A DNA stretch of 59,975 nucleotides, filler included, from Sphacelaria rigidula (taxonomy: Eukaryota): the NCBI GenBank assembly GCA_964200075.2. It is 7 parts of 7 records of this genome, joined end to end, with 100 filler letters (N's around TTAATTAATTAA, not from the genome) between each part and the next. Parts side by side here need not be neighbours in the genome. Positions count along the whole stretch, not along the records: positions 8,586 to 17,068 come from CAXNAA020011002.1; positions 17,169 to 25,650 come from CAXNAA020011003.1; 5 more parts are not named here. One strand, written 5' to 3'. This document shows, piece after piece, positions 11,995-24,200 of this stretch. Under the pieces are notes generated by a model, which worked only from the letters and a program-made list of their open reading frames with translations, was not told the origin of the DNA and made no database searches. The position numbers and the translations under genes were made by a program. The number at the start of each line of letters is the position of its first letter. Position 1 is the stretch's first letter.

Positions 11995-12249
11995 GAGCGA
12001 TGCTACGGTAGGGGTGCACTTTTGCGCGCAATCTTGTCTGGTTCAGGGACTCCTAACAATTCTAGATGCACAAGAATATGGGTCAGGGCATCCCCGTTTG
12101 CAATTTTATTCGGGATATCCCTCGCACATTGGATTAGTAACCCTGGCGTACTCTCACATATTTCATACGTCGTGTTTTGGATGGGATAAAGGGCTCCTAA
12201 CAATTTGAAGCTCGGAAAATATTTGTGCACCCCTACCATAGCATCGCTC
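11995..12249. mobile_element. Sola2-like MITE, copy 2
   Basis: 25-bp TIR GAGCGATGCTACGGTAGGGGTGCAC / GTGCACCCCTACCATAGCATCGCTC; AGAA 4-bp TSD; inserted at a (GGACA)n tract. Confidence 0.85.
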
Positions 12250-12566
12250 AGAACAGGACACTTTTTTCATTTCGGTTTAAGTAGAAGCCTTTTCAGCCCT
12301 CGGGGCCTCAAAGGAAGAGGGGCGCAAATATTCAGATCCGACCATGAAGCGCTTCAGGTCACAAACGACATGCATCTCATAATCAAAATGACCCACACCT
12401 TCTAGACTCGGTTCTTCGACCTGTTTGTTAGGGGCCTCCAGTCTCCTCGATGGGGCCTTGAATGGGTATCATTTCGCACGATTTCAAGCGTGTTTTTTTT
12501 TTCTTCGTTCCCATAAAAATATGTCGTTCCCATTTTGCAGGATCCCCCGTTGTATGTGCAATTTTT

Positions 12567-12989
12567 CAGAGATACACACGGTACACACGTGACACATCTG
12601 AAAAAAACGGGAAAACCGTAAGTGTGGGTCATTTAACGCTACGTAAGGTTTGACTTTTCAGACGGGACAACTGTAACGTAGCATGATGTAACGTGTGGCC
12701 TTGAAGCAGTGTCTCTCGGGATTTTTCAGATTTGAAAAAAATATGTTCCTTGTGAGTTTTTAACGTGACACGTGACACGTTACAAATCCACGAAAACAAG
12801 CAGAGTTTCCGTCACATTTAGAAAGTAAAACGCTATGTTAAGGTTCATGCGAAGGACCACACGTTACATCACATCACGTTCCATTTGTCCAATCGAAGAA
12901 GTTAAACCTTGCCTGGCGTTGAATGATCCAAAGTTACGTTTTTTCGAAAATGTCACGTAAAAGCGTCACGTGCAACCTGTGTACCCCTG
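12567..12989. mobile_element. hAT-like MITE with long degenerate inverted arms
   Basis: CAG...CTG termini; exact 8-bp TSD CAATTTTT at 12559-12566 and 12990-12997. Confidence 0.85.
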
Positions 12990-15449
12990 CAATTTTTCAG
13001 AGTCTCACTCGACCCCCGTCACCAACCACATACGTTTGACAGTCCCGCCCCACACTATTACTCGATGTGCTCCTCAAGTAAGTTCGTCGGTACGTTGGGG
13101 AAGAGAGTTGACTACAATCGTCGCTACGACATTGTGAGGATGGCCCAGCGGTATGAAAGAACAGAAACGGCGGCATAATTCCGAACACATGGCGACGATC
13201 GCAGTCAGATCTCTTGCGCAAAACTACTGACACGGGCTGGAAATTCATAAGTCTCGGGGCGTGTGACTTCGAATTGAATTTGATTTGATTGATTCGGTTT
13301 GATCGTTGCACTCAAACTGACTTGAATGAGAAAAAAGTGGAAGTGTACCTTAAAAACCGCCCGTAGTGCGTTTACTCTGGTGCCGCGACGTGTTGCGCGG
13401 CGACCTTGCAGCAGCCAAGAGAAAATGGGCAATGCCGTACTCTGCAGCTGCAGTCTGCAGTAATGTACTTTTTGTTATCGCCACACACACTGAAAACTAC
13501 TTCCTTCACTTCGTTCAGACCGGTCGTCACAAGGTAACCCTTCCGACCTCTCCGCAAGCAAGGCAGACTGCACCAGACCACCTCCCCCGCGCACTGAATC
13601 GAATGAACGTTTCGAAATCAAAGCGGAACTCAGATTTTCACTCTGCACCACTTCCGCTTAAAATCAAGAACCCAAGGCGGGGGCGCCGCATTAAAAATTG
13701 CGCATCCAGACCCTCCCATAGCTTGTCAGGAGTCAAGGTCCCCTCCAAAGAGGCGAGTTGGTAGAGCTGCCTCAGCCCTCTGTAACCTCGCCAAGGTTCG
13801 TACACCTTGGCGACAGATTTTAGTTTTCAGACCCTTTTTCTCTAAGGGAAATGAAACGGTATGAAACCCTGGCGGCCACGGTCATTTGGTAGTTGTTCCC
13901 ATTCAATCGCCTCAATAGATGATGGAAGACGAGAAAAAAGTTCTTTGTCAGCTTGAATCTATATTTACATAGTGCACACGACACAACAGTCATCTTACGA
14001 CAAGGGGGGGGTATTTGATTGCACGAACGAAAAGGCTCTCAATTGTGTCAGACGACCTGCCACACTCGCGATGCGCTTGTATTTGTATCAAAGCGGTGTC
14101 AATCGGTATGCATGGGCGTTATTTATTATTCATCAATCACAAGCTCGTTCGAGCAACCGTTGCTGATTTCAACGACGATTTTCCTCGGAATTTCATGCAA
14201 GAAGTGGCCCAAATCCCCCCCCCCCCCATCGTAGGATGACTCAACAACCGACACGCGAGAGTACAAAAGAAGGACGAAGTCGAAAATCAATACCTCATCG
14301 ATCTGGAGGCACAACATATTACATACGATATGCACGCACCATGCAGATTTGATCTCCTGTATGTTCTCTACAGCAACAGGAATGATGAAATGACCCAAGC
14401 CGTCAAACGCAACACACAAAAACACAGGCATTGAGGGCAACGCACATTCTCACACTGTCCTGCTTGCTTGCATCGCCATCCATGTGGAACATGGCACCAG
14501 CTACTCTGTCCTCGCAATTGAGAAAAACAATGAAAGGCCGTACTCTGAATCGAAGGGATGCTCAACGCTACACCGTTTTCAAGGCAAAACCCCTACATCC
14601 ACCCATACATGTGCGTTTGGCTCACAGGTAAAAACGGAGCGCGATCATGTATGAATGGACTCCAGAGGGGGAAATCAAGCCGAGACAAAAAAAAGTTACA
14701 CAAAGCTCTCTTCCTCCCGTGCAACAGCAAAAAGGAATATGACGTCCTGCAGGCTACAACCTCCATTTAGCCCGTGTCTGTAAGGTGCTGATCTTACACA
14801 CAAACTCTGGCCACGATCATATAGCAAATTGGAGTTTCGGAAGTAGACGCCGAAATACTTCCACAACAGGAGAGAAGCTTTAATGAAGAGAAATGTTATC
14901 CCCAGTACCCACGTACCTATCCGGCATCCTGTAAGAGAGAGGGGGGAAACAAACCGAGACAAAATACAATCACGGGCAGGGGGTAGGCAACAAATATTCC
15001 GACAAGGCACACGGCACACTTAACCCTACAGTTAATTCAACGCGATCGAAACCACATGCCATTGCTACAATCGAAGTAACTACCCGAAAAGGAGTAGATT
15101 ACATGTATATACATCAAAACAAGTGGATGCTGTCATCGTCCTCTTGCTGAATAGTAGTCGTATGCCGTCTCACTTGGCTAGTTCCCCCAACACAGAAGCA
15201 CAACGTATTCTGATACGCCGTGTGCCTCCCATCAACAACTGCCCCCTTTTCCCCCGCTCAAAACCTCAAGTCGGTCTAACCAGGCCAAAAAGACCTAAGC
15301 AAACAATCACCGATCCCTCTCAGAGACAACAAACGACCACCAGTGTTCGTTCAATCGATACCCAACACAAACAAAACAACAGCGACGACGTCAGACATGA
15401 ACTTCATCAAAGGAAACATCTATTCAACCAAATTTTCTCTGTTTTTCTT

Positions 15450-15608
15450 TTATGGATCAAGCGCTGGTGGCAACTCCGCCCGACACGTAGGACACTCCAT
15501 CTTGATGGCCATCCATCGTGTGAGGCAGCCCTTGTGAAACACGTGTTCACATGGAGTGAACATGTAGTCTTCCAGAGCCACGTCTACCGTTGCATAGCAG
15601 ATGGCGCA
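15450..15608 (-). CDS. TUL1: Terminal exon, RING-H2 domain of a transmembrane E3 ubiquitin ligase (TUL1/Dsc1/FLY1 family)
   Basis: cag|CAICYATVDVALEDYMFTPCEHVFHKGCLTRWMAIKMECPTCRAELPPALDP*; C3H2C3 spacing and family-typical YMxTPCxH and KMECPTCR; not in the ORF track. Confidence 0.9.
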   Translation of the reverse strand, partial: CAICYATVDVALEDYMFTPCEHVFHKGCLTRWMAIKMECPTCRAELPPALDP

Positions 15609-15709
15609 CTGGATGGCGAGGACCGAAAAGCACCAACGGGACGGTACGGAACCGAGGAGGTTGGGGGTGTTGAACGACCTTTATTTTCACGGGACACGGA
15701 ATAGTTCAG

Positions 15710-15885
15710 CGATTGATTTTGATTTATTGTCGCACTTCAACCGACCCCCCAGGGGTCCAGCCGTGGTCTCCTGATAGACGTACCCATGAAAAACGAAACT
15801 GAAACACGCTCCAAGAAAAAGAAGGAGCAGAAAAAAAGGGGGTTGCAAAGAATGACATAGCAGACTAAGTCGTAACAAAAAAAGA
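15710..15885 (-). mobile_element. Retroposon 3' end with (AATC)-like tail, inside the E3-ligase intron
   Basis: CGGCTGGACCCCTGGG..AAGTGCGACAA plus tail; other copies near 39995-40180 (-) and 56800-57020 (+), tail fragments near 13275, 44050 and 49640. Confidence 0.75.
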
Positions 15886-16280
15886 GGTGATAAAAAGTCA
15901 TATATTGTCGGTGTGTTTTGGCATCTCTACACACAGACACGTCATCTTCACTCGCACAAACTCCAGCTATCGTGACTGTACCAACCCCTCCTACACGAGA
16001 CTATGATTTGGACCCAAGAGAGATGATTCTAGACTTGTAGGAGCCTAGGCCAAGGTATCCCCACCTGCAAACTTCAGCGAATCGAAGGTATATGCACTAT
16101 GGGGGACTACGATGACCGACATCTCAAATGAGGAAAACATGGAGTGAAAAAAGTGTAGTAACCCTTCGTCTATTTCTGTTGACGATTGTAACGATGTACG
16201 AAAAAAACGGCGAGCAATACCTACAGAACAGAAGAGGTAACGTCGGAAAGTACACACACACACGAAAGGCCCGCACCCAC

Positions 16281-16508
16281 CTCTGGACATCTGCCATTTT
16301 CCAAATCCCGTCCCTCCTCGCTGTCCTGCCCCGCGACCGTTTCAGAAAGCCCCTGGATCCAGCCGATAGTTTTTTTGCACAGCCGAGGTACGGAAGCAGG
16401 CGTTTCGTGAGTCATGCCAATCGCTCCACCATTGACACCAGCACCGCGATAGTATCCAGTAACTTGTCCGGCGTACTCTAGGTATCTGTCCACTCAAGTA
16501 GTCTGATC
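16281..16508 (-). CDS. TUL1: Linker exon of the E3 ligase; 5' boundary uncertain (16508 with an in-frame TGA, or 16325)
   Basis: Ends ...DSEEGRDLENGRCPE|GTGGGT in phase 0, joining the RING exon. Confidence 0.6.
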
Positions 16509-16647
16509 CTGCCTACCGAAAAAAAAAACATGCCTATTACACATGAAAATATATACACGTACATACAACGGAAATTACCAGATCTCGGCAACATTTCACT
16601 ATAACCGCTTGAAAGCATGAGATCGGTCGAGGAGCATAGCAACTCAC

Positions 16648-16764
16648 CTGATCCTCGCCCCAGTCAGGCGGCAGCGGTCGATGGTAGTTGAACTTGGGTG
16701 GCTGAAATCGACGAGGCACCATGAAATTGCGGCCGTACCTTTGCCGGGCGAGCATGATGCCAAC
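16648..16764 (-). CDS. TUL1: E3 ligase exon covering the last TM helix and post-TM motif
   Basis: cag|VGIMLARQRYGRNFMVPRRFQPPKFNYHRPLPPDWGEDQ|GTGAGT; resembles the family motif GxRFFIPxxxLPxxYxYHR. Confidence 0.88.
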
Positions 16765-16996
16765 CTGCGCAACGATGGATTCCAATATTCGTGGGTACCT
16801 GAGAACTACAGTAAGAACTGCTTCCTCACACAGATATCGTTAAATAAATAGTATGTCACGGATCAAATCCATAACTGCTTAGTTCTCACCATGTGGGAAT
16901 TCACTTTTACACCGTTCTTGTTGGAAAATCGCCTTCAGGTTACCCAGCTCTACATTGAGTGGAGTACCCTCCCCCCCCCTCCCCCCCCAGTGCTCC

Positions 16997-17066
16997 GTGC
17001 TCCGTCTCGAAAGGGATGCGTGGTCAATGGTCACACGACTAAGGCAAGCAACAAATGAGTACGCTC
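16997..17066 (+). mobile_element. High-copy non-LTR retroelement 3' end
   Basis: GCTCCGTCTCGAAAGGGATGCGTGGTCAATGGTCA..GACTAAGGCAAGCAA; copies at about 25826-25930 (-), 38257-38322 (-), 44484-44545 (+) and 47349-47399 (-). Confidence 0.7.
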
Positions 17067-17399
17067 CCNNNNNNNNNNNNNNNNNNNNNNNNNNNNNNNN
17101 NNNNNNNNNNNNTTAATTAATTAANNNNNNNNNNNNNNNNNNNNNNNNNNNNNNNNNNNNNNNNNNNNTTGTACTCCTTTTTATCCTAGGATGGCTTAGT
17201 TTTGGTTCTAAATGCAGGTGTGATGCCTTGTGAGAAGGTGTCGTGTGGGTAGAGGGTTAGATACGTCTTCACTTAACTTCAACATCGTGCTTCTTGTTGT
17301 CATAATTGTGAGGATGTGGTGCAATTTGACAACGTCATCTCACCCACTGTTGCTTCACACCAACGTTTTGAACACAAAATACCAAAAAATGTCACGTAG

Positions 17400-17513
17400 G
17401 AGTCCGGCGTGCCTGTGGGACTGGACCTCATGACAGGCGAGGCCATGTTACCAGAACAAGAAGGAGTGTGGGACAACTACTGCGTCAAGCGCCAGTCTCT
17501 ACACCTCAGCACG
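17400..17513 (+). CDS. CCT6: T-complex protein 1 subunit zeta, penultimate exon
   Basis: tag|[53 protein letters not shown] is the CCT-zeta signature. Confidence 0.93.
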
Positions 17514-17702
17514 GTAAGATTACACGCCTTCTGCGTCGCGAGTATTCGCGGGATAAAGCCGCCCCTTCGTTTTTTTCGCCTGTACGGTTCCCATCGTTGC
17601 ACCTTGTGTAGTGAAGAACACGTTGCTCATTTTCCCCATCTGTTTTGACGCGTGCCTGTAAACTCCAAGCGTTATTATCATGAGCACCGAGCTGATCAAA
17701 CG

Positions 17703-17742
<40 letters not shown>

Positions 17743-18147
17743 TTACCCACCCCCCACCCCCACAACGCGGCACAACAAAAGCAACAAATAAANNNNNNNN
17801 NNCGTTGCCTTTTTTCCCCCCCTTTTTGTGGGGGGGCCGGAAAACCCCCACGTTTTATTCACAGGCCCCCCGGGCGGACAAACCCCCCCCCCCCCCCCCC
17901 CCCCTGATCGTTCTGGGTTCTTCTAAAGCCCTAACTAAAACCTAGCAAATAAGCATATAGTTTTTTAATAACGGTAAGGTAATGATCGTCTGTGCCATGC
18001 AGAATGAGCTCCAGGAGTTCGGCCATTCATGTCAATGCTTCGCAACATGGCGCTAGCACCTGTTTTTCTGTTTTCGATTCATTTCATCCCCCCCCCCCCC
18101 CCCGGCGCCTACCGCCCCATCCCTACTCTCCCTCTTGTTTTCGTCAG

Positions 18148-18243
18148 GTGCTCGCGTCCCAGCTGTTACTAGTAGATGAGGTAATGAAGGCAGGCAAACA
18201 AATGGGGGCCCCACCTTCCGGCGCCAACGATATGATGGAGTAA
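18148..18243 (+). CDS. CCT6: T-complex protein 1 subunit zeta, last exon
   Basis: cag|VLASQLLLVDEVMKAGKQMGAPPSGANDMME*; LLVDEVMxAG motif, phase 0 join to the previous exon. Confidence 0.93.
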   Translation: MLASQLLLVDEVMKAGKQMGAPPSGANDMME

Positions 18244-18811
18244 AAGTAGGACTTGGTGGGCAGCGGTTGATCCTCGGGCGGGACTGGCAGGCTGCGTTAT
18301 TGCATTGCCTGGTCGGTTCGGGGGCTGGGAACATGGGGTATAGGGAGTAGGGAGGGGAGGCGGAGGTTCTCCTATTGGGTAAGCTGTAGCTGCTAGAGTA
18401 TGTGCCATGTCTCTCTCGAGGCAAGAGGGCATGAGGGAGTCAGGGGTAGTCTGAAACGGGCTACGAGTGATGGGTAGTGTCTTCCTACATGTGGAGGGAT
18501 TTGGGGGTCGTGTGGGGGACCGCAGGGGAGAGATCCTCGACATGATGGCTGGAAATATGCACACGTGTTGTGCGCATGTGTCGTTGTGGTCCAGCTGTAG
18601 AGAAATGCCGGCGAACAAGAGGCCCCCCATGTTTTGCCGTTGACTCAAGACTCTCTATTTTCTAAGTGACCAGATGAACAGCGACCAACAGATTCTTCAT
18701 GAGCGCACATTGGTTGACATGAGCTCGAAGTTTCGTGCTGGAAGGTTTCACTACTAGTAAGCAGCTCGCGGGAGAAAGCAGTTGCTCCCCAAAATTTTGA
18801 CCTCTTCTCTT

Positions 18812-19954
18812 TTATGTATGAAGTCTCAAAAGAAACGATGAGAACTCCATGTCTTGTGAGGAATAGCATAGACAGGATTGGGAAGGCGAGCCTATGTCTG
18901 TGACCACGGGTTCGAGAGATCGGACTAATGTGCGGAAATAATTATGGTAGCTTAGCGCTCGTTCATTCATGTCCACTCGTGAATATTCGGGCGCGTCTGG
19001 TTGTATTCGCCGATCAGGGTATTCATTGTGCACACGTGGTGGATGGCGTTCAAGAGGTACTCGATGTGCACCAAAGCGCCCTTGCTCGTGCTCTGACGCG
19101 CTCTGCATTCTTCCTTGACCTCGACCCAAAATGAAATCGTATAGGGATCTAGTGAAGATTTCCTTGACTGGCGCGTGAAAGTCAACATGCCTTCGGCAGG
19201 CGTGTTTGCAGGCGCGTTGAAGGTGTTTGCGGTCGAACCCCGCGGTAAAGTCCGTTGTTATCGACACAATTTTCTTGGAGATTTTTCGGACTCGGCTTCT
19301 CTCAACACGAAGCGGCTTGATTTTTTCTCCGAAGCTTCATTTTTGGAGACTACACCGCAGCGCTTCCGCTAGCTGCTGTGTGTGTACGCCGTAGTGCTCG
19401 CAAGCGTTCGAGAGGGATGCAGTCCCCAGACTTTCGGATATCTCCGAAGAAACAGTGTCGATAATAATGGGCCCAAAAGATGGGAGGGCAGGAGTAGGTG
19501 AGCCGAACGCCCTGCCCCCATCGCCTGCGAAGCCGATAAAACATCATACTCATTATCGGAAATCGATACTTAAAGCACGCAGTTGTCTCGAAGTAGCGTG
19601 AAAAAGGTGGTAGCCACTGGTCTGCTTTGCATCTCGAGTGCATGTAATCGACAGGAGCCGCAGGCCCGGAAGGATACGAGTAGACACATTCTGTGCCGTC
19701 TTGGCAACTGAAAGTCGTCGGTGAAGTTCTTGCCCGGCACATGATACATGACAAGGTGGCCCTGGCGGCGCGAAACGAAATTCGAATTCACCTTTCAGGC
19801 TATCCCATCGAACTTCTGGCTTACAGATCGTGGGTTGTTGCCGCAACACGTCACGCGCTATCCCTGCGGGTGTGTCGCCATTTTTTTCATATATATTAGT
19901 ATACCAAATGTTATTGATGATGCTGTAAAGTTGGCTTGCAACACTGCTGCACAA
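18812..19954 (-). pseudogene. Frameshifted intronless coding relic with a Cys cluster, possibly transposase-derived
   Basis: Overlapping minus-strand ORFs tile 1.1 kb; FAPP..CIMC..CVYSYPSGP..C pattern. Family assignment uncertain. Confidence 0.35.
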
Positions 19955-20504
19955 TCTAGGTGCTGACTTTTTGTCGAAGTAGCATGACTTGCGTATGACC
20001 TAATGTCGCATTTTTTTCATTTCCGTAATTGGAATGATGCGGGAAGTTAGTTCTGAGTGAAGCACAAACAAATTCTTGCGAATGCTTAGTGGCTAACATA
20101 ACTTCCTGATGGACCCATTGTTTTCGTACAATGAGAGCAGTGAAGCCGAAGACCTTAATTTCAATTAGGTGCCTCAGATATTATCGTTGCTTAATTTTTG
20201 TCTTCTGCCACGTACGGGTGGCAAGCGTGAAGATGGCAGCGCCAGAGGATCGTACCCTGGAACATATATATTGCCCTCGTCATGCATGCCACACCTAAGC
20301 TGGGAACTGGAAGGATGATGAAGTTTCCAAGTTGTCGAGGGGCTTCAGGTCCAAATGAAAGTCATTTAGCATGATTATATTGACAAGTTTTTGGGATGCT
20401 AGACGAAGGACTGTGTAGGTCAAGGGTCTGTCAAAATTATATTTCGGGACACGTGGGCCCCAAGATAAAAAATAAATCGAGTTTTTGAGGGCGGGGGGGG
20501 GTAG

Positions 20505-20600
20505 GGGGGGGGACACCCAGCCTGCTCTCCCCTAGTTTATCGCCGAGGCGTTGGCGGATGCGTTCAGCTGCCGTGTACAGAGATCCTTGGCATGGAGATC
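20505..20600 (+). repeat. ~95-bp dispersed repeat, second copy at about 26770-26862
   Basis: CACCCAG.CTGCT.TC.CCTAGTTTAT.GCCGAGGCGT...CAGCTGCCGTGTA.AGAGATCCTTGGCA after a poly-G run in both copies. Confidence 0.8.
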
Positions 20601-20710
20601 GCTGAGATGACGGGCACACCGCCCCTCCAAGCTCACCACATACCATGATTACATTAATAAATCATGTTCCGTGTCGTGTGCCTCAACTATCTACCACTAG
20701 TACTCCGGGC

Positions 20711-20969
20711 TGTGACGAAATCACGCCGTCACGTTGAGTATGCAGTGATGATATGGATGATGACTTGGGATCTGTAGTGATGATATGGATGATGACATGG
20801 ACACAGGGGTGATACCCTGATGTGGTTTATGGAGCGTATATACCTGGGTGGCACCCCAGGATAATAAAAGGTTTTGTGAAGGCTAACAACTGAAACCTGA
20901 GGCCAGTGGAACTGGGGAGTCCCTTAACAGCATTAGACGCTGCAGTACTAGCAACCTGCTGGCGTCACA
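20711..20969 (+). repeat. 5' LTR (259 bp)
   Basis: TGTGACG...CGTCACA inverted ends; carries a 32-bp internal duplication relative to the 3' LTR. Confidence 0.95.
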
Positions 20970-21267
20970 ATATCGATATTAGTGCTAGTCGTGCTAGTTG
21001 TGCTATCGTTAGTGACTGCTGGAAAATTTTCAGTAGAGAGGAGTCCGGACAGCTTCGGACATGTTACTTCACGGACGCGTGAGGAGGTTTCAAGCCGAGG
21101 TAGCTGCAAAGGCGGCTGGCCCGTGATTGACCCAGACTGGAGACTTGCTGGAGCTGCGTGCAGCGGGAGTTTATAGGACCCCACGGCTGTGTGATGCGGC
21201 GACGAAGGCAGGTGTGAACTGTGCAGTTCGAGAAGGTTCAGAAGCCTTCGATTGGGCCCGCTCGGAA

Positions 21268-24200
21268 ATGTCGACCACAGAGGTACCGACTGGAGAGCCA
21301 GCGGAGACGACCGTAACCCCAGTTGTTCTGAGAGAAGAGTTGCGGCCTCCTAGTTACGGGAATTTGTATCCTGGGTGTGCTTCTCGTTCGTTTTATACGA
21401 AATATGTGGAATACAAGGAGCGGGTGGAGCATGCGAATGCGGGCGGTGCGGTAAGACATCAGGTGGTATCCGTGGCGCCAAGTGGGGATCACGACAAATC
21501 AGTCGGCGAAGCAGGTGCCGGTCGAGGATAAATATATATATATTCCTGCAGAGTTATATCTCCCAAATCAACGGGCGCGGGAAGCCATATCGGTCAACGC
21601 TGTGTTGGATTCAGGCGCCCATTTCACGAGCGTGTCGGTGCTGATTGTGGAGATGCTGGAGCGTCTACTCCCTGGTGAGCAAACCCGCATTCCGTTCTCG
21701 CTCGGGGCGCGGCAGGCCATCACTGCATCGGGGCAACGTATAAATGTGACGGAGCGTACGATTCCCCTACAGTTGGCGTTCGGGACGACCTGGGGGCCAG
21801 CGGAATTACCCCCGATATCTTTTGCGATCATACCGGGGACGGATGGTGTCGTTCTGTTGGGCTTACCGAAGCTTCGGGGACTCGGAGTCAACCCGTATGA
21901 TCGGCTGTTAGAGTCCCTAAAAACGCAAATGCCGTCGCCCGGTTAGAGTGTCGAGACGCCTGCTGTTTTGGCCAGTCGCAGAGTGAGCTTGTCGGTTGAT
22001 GCTCTCCAGGAGGTGGGGGGGCAGGTGTCCGAGGAACGCGATGAGGCGGTGGAACGCTTGGTGGAGCGTGGCCCCGATATGTTTATGGAGCCGGCGGAAG
22101 AGGAGTCCGCGCGAAAGGCTGCACTGGAGGAAAGCGTGACGGATGCTGTGGAAAATGGCCTCGACGCCTCAAAAGCGGAGCGCTTGCGTGGCATATTGTA
22201 TCGCCACGTTAACGCGTTCGTCGTGCGCTGATGGGTGATCCCCCTGCGCACGTGGATGCCATGAGGGTTACATCGAAGCCACGGGCGGCCGCGGTGAAGG
22301 CAAAACCGAGGAGGTATGATCCGGTAAAGTCCAGTTGGTTAACTTCTTGCGTGGGAGCTCTTGTGGCGTTTGGGTTGGTGTTCAGGAATCTACAGACGGT
22401 GTGGTCCAGTCCAGCGATGGCGGTGCCGAAGAAGGACTCTTTCCGTCTTGTCAGCGATTACGGAGCCGTCAATGATCAGGTGGAGAAGTCGCCGGGTGTC
22501 ATGACCAACCAGAAATCCGACAGTATAGACCTGTTGAGCGCGCGATACTTCGGTAAGTTGGACCTCCTACAGGGGTACTGGCAGATGTCGTTGGCGGAAG
22601 AGGCGCAAGAGATATTCACCTTCACGACTCCGTTTGGCATGTTTACCTCACAACGATTACCGCAATGCGTCTTGAATGCTACTTCCTATTTTCAAGGCCT
22701 CATAGTAGACCTTTTAGATGACTTGAAATGCAAGATCTGGATGGATGATGTCTTTTTCTTCGCGGATACGGAAGACGAACTGTTGGATACGCTTGATGCA
22801 ATCTTGGCTCGCTTAGAGAGTGTTGGTCTGTTTGCAGCTCCCCACAAGTGTACCTTTTTTGCGAGTGAATTATTTTGGTGTGGGAAAGTATATTCACACG
22901 GCCGCGTCTCGCATGACCCGGTCCGCTTGCAAGGTTTGTCGACATGCGGCGTCCAGAAACAGCAGCAGAACTAGTGCAATTCCTGCACGAAATGAACTGG
23001 TTGCGTACCTCGTTGCCACGTATAGGCGAAGTAGTGGCGCCCTTGCGCGTTTTCCTAGAAGAACTCATGGTGGGGGCTGCAAGGCGCACTAAGCGGGTGG
23101 CCAACAATCTCGTTATTCCGCCCGCATCGTGGACGGAGGACAGGCTGCAGGCATGGGCGGAAGCGAAGGATCTGGTGGCTCATGCCGTGACGCTGTTCCA
23201 TCCCCACCCCGGTTGCCAGGTGTTGATGTTTCCGGATGCATCCGAGTGTCATTGGGGTAGTTTTGTAACGCAGGTGCCTGATGCAGAAATGCAACAACGG
23301 TTGCCGGTTGAAGACATGACGCATGAACCGCTGGCTTTTCTTAGTGGTAATTTCAAGGGTTCACAGATGCGTTGGGTAATCATTGACAAGGAAGGTTTTG
23401 CTATCGTGAGCCCTTTTCGTCGTCTGGAGCATCTATTGTGGAATGGCGTGCACACTTTCACGGATCACCGAAATCTAGCGTACATTTTCAACCCGGAGGC
23501 ATGCGTGACGTCTGTGTCGAAGGCGTGGAGAGGTGTATTAGGCAAGTATCGGTACACGATTTGTCATATTTCGGGTGAACGTAACGCGTGGGGTGACTTG
23601 CTGTCGCGCTGGGTAAATATTCCCACTTTGCCTGAGCGCGCTGTGGCTGTGTATGGTCCGTGTGAACCTGATGACTCGATGCCGTCCAAATATGTTGTCC
23701 GCCAAGCTCAACGGAAAGAACTTGAGGCCACTGATGCGGATGTGTAATCTTTCGAGTCGGACGTTGGTACGGCGATTTTGGACAATGAAGGTCTATTTTG
23801 TGTGCATGTGCGTGGCCGAAAAGTTTTGTGGATTCCGAGTTCTGACAAGCAGTTGCAGGTACGACTGACTATTTGCGCGCGCATGCGCGACGCCGGGCAT
23901 CGTGGTGTGGCTGCGACACTCGTACGCTTGAAAGATTTTTGTGGCTGGCAGGAGATAGAAACTCATATGCGCGAATTCGTCCGCCAGTGTCTTCACTGTG
24001 CTGACTCGAGAGCGGGCGATCTTGTTCCCCGCCCGCTCGGTGAAACGGTTCATGGGACCACGCCGGATGAAGTCGTTCATTTTGACTTCTTGAATGTGGG
24101 CGAGAGTGGCCCGCTAGCTTCCCAAAGTTTGTCGGGAAATGCTTGGTTCCAATACATTGTGGTAATCATGGATGATTCGAGCAACTTTGTGGCTCTGGAA

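Noticed and set aside
15123..15704. 193-aa plus-strand ORF
   Set aside because: Overlaps the RING exon antisense and shows no recognisable features.
17652..17945. Poly-proline ORFs
   Set aside because: Poly-C runs with Ns inside the CCT6 intron; low-quality sequence.
15450..18243. Divergent TUL1-CCT6 gene pair
   Set aside because: They lie on different contigs separated by an artificial linker.
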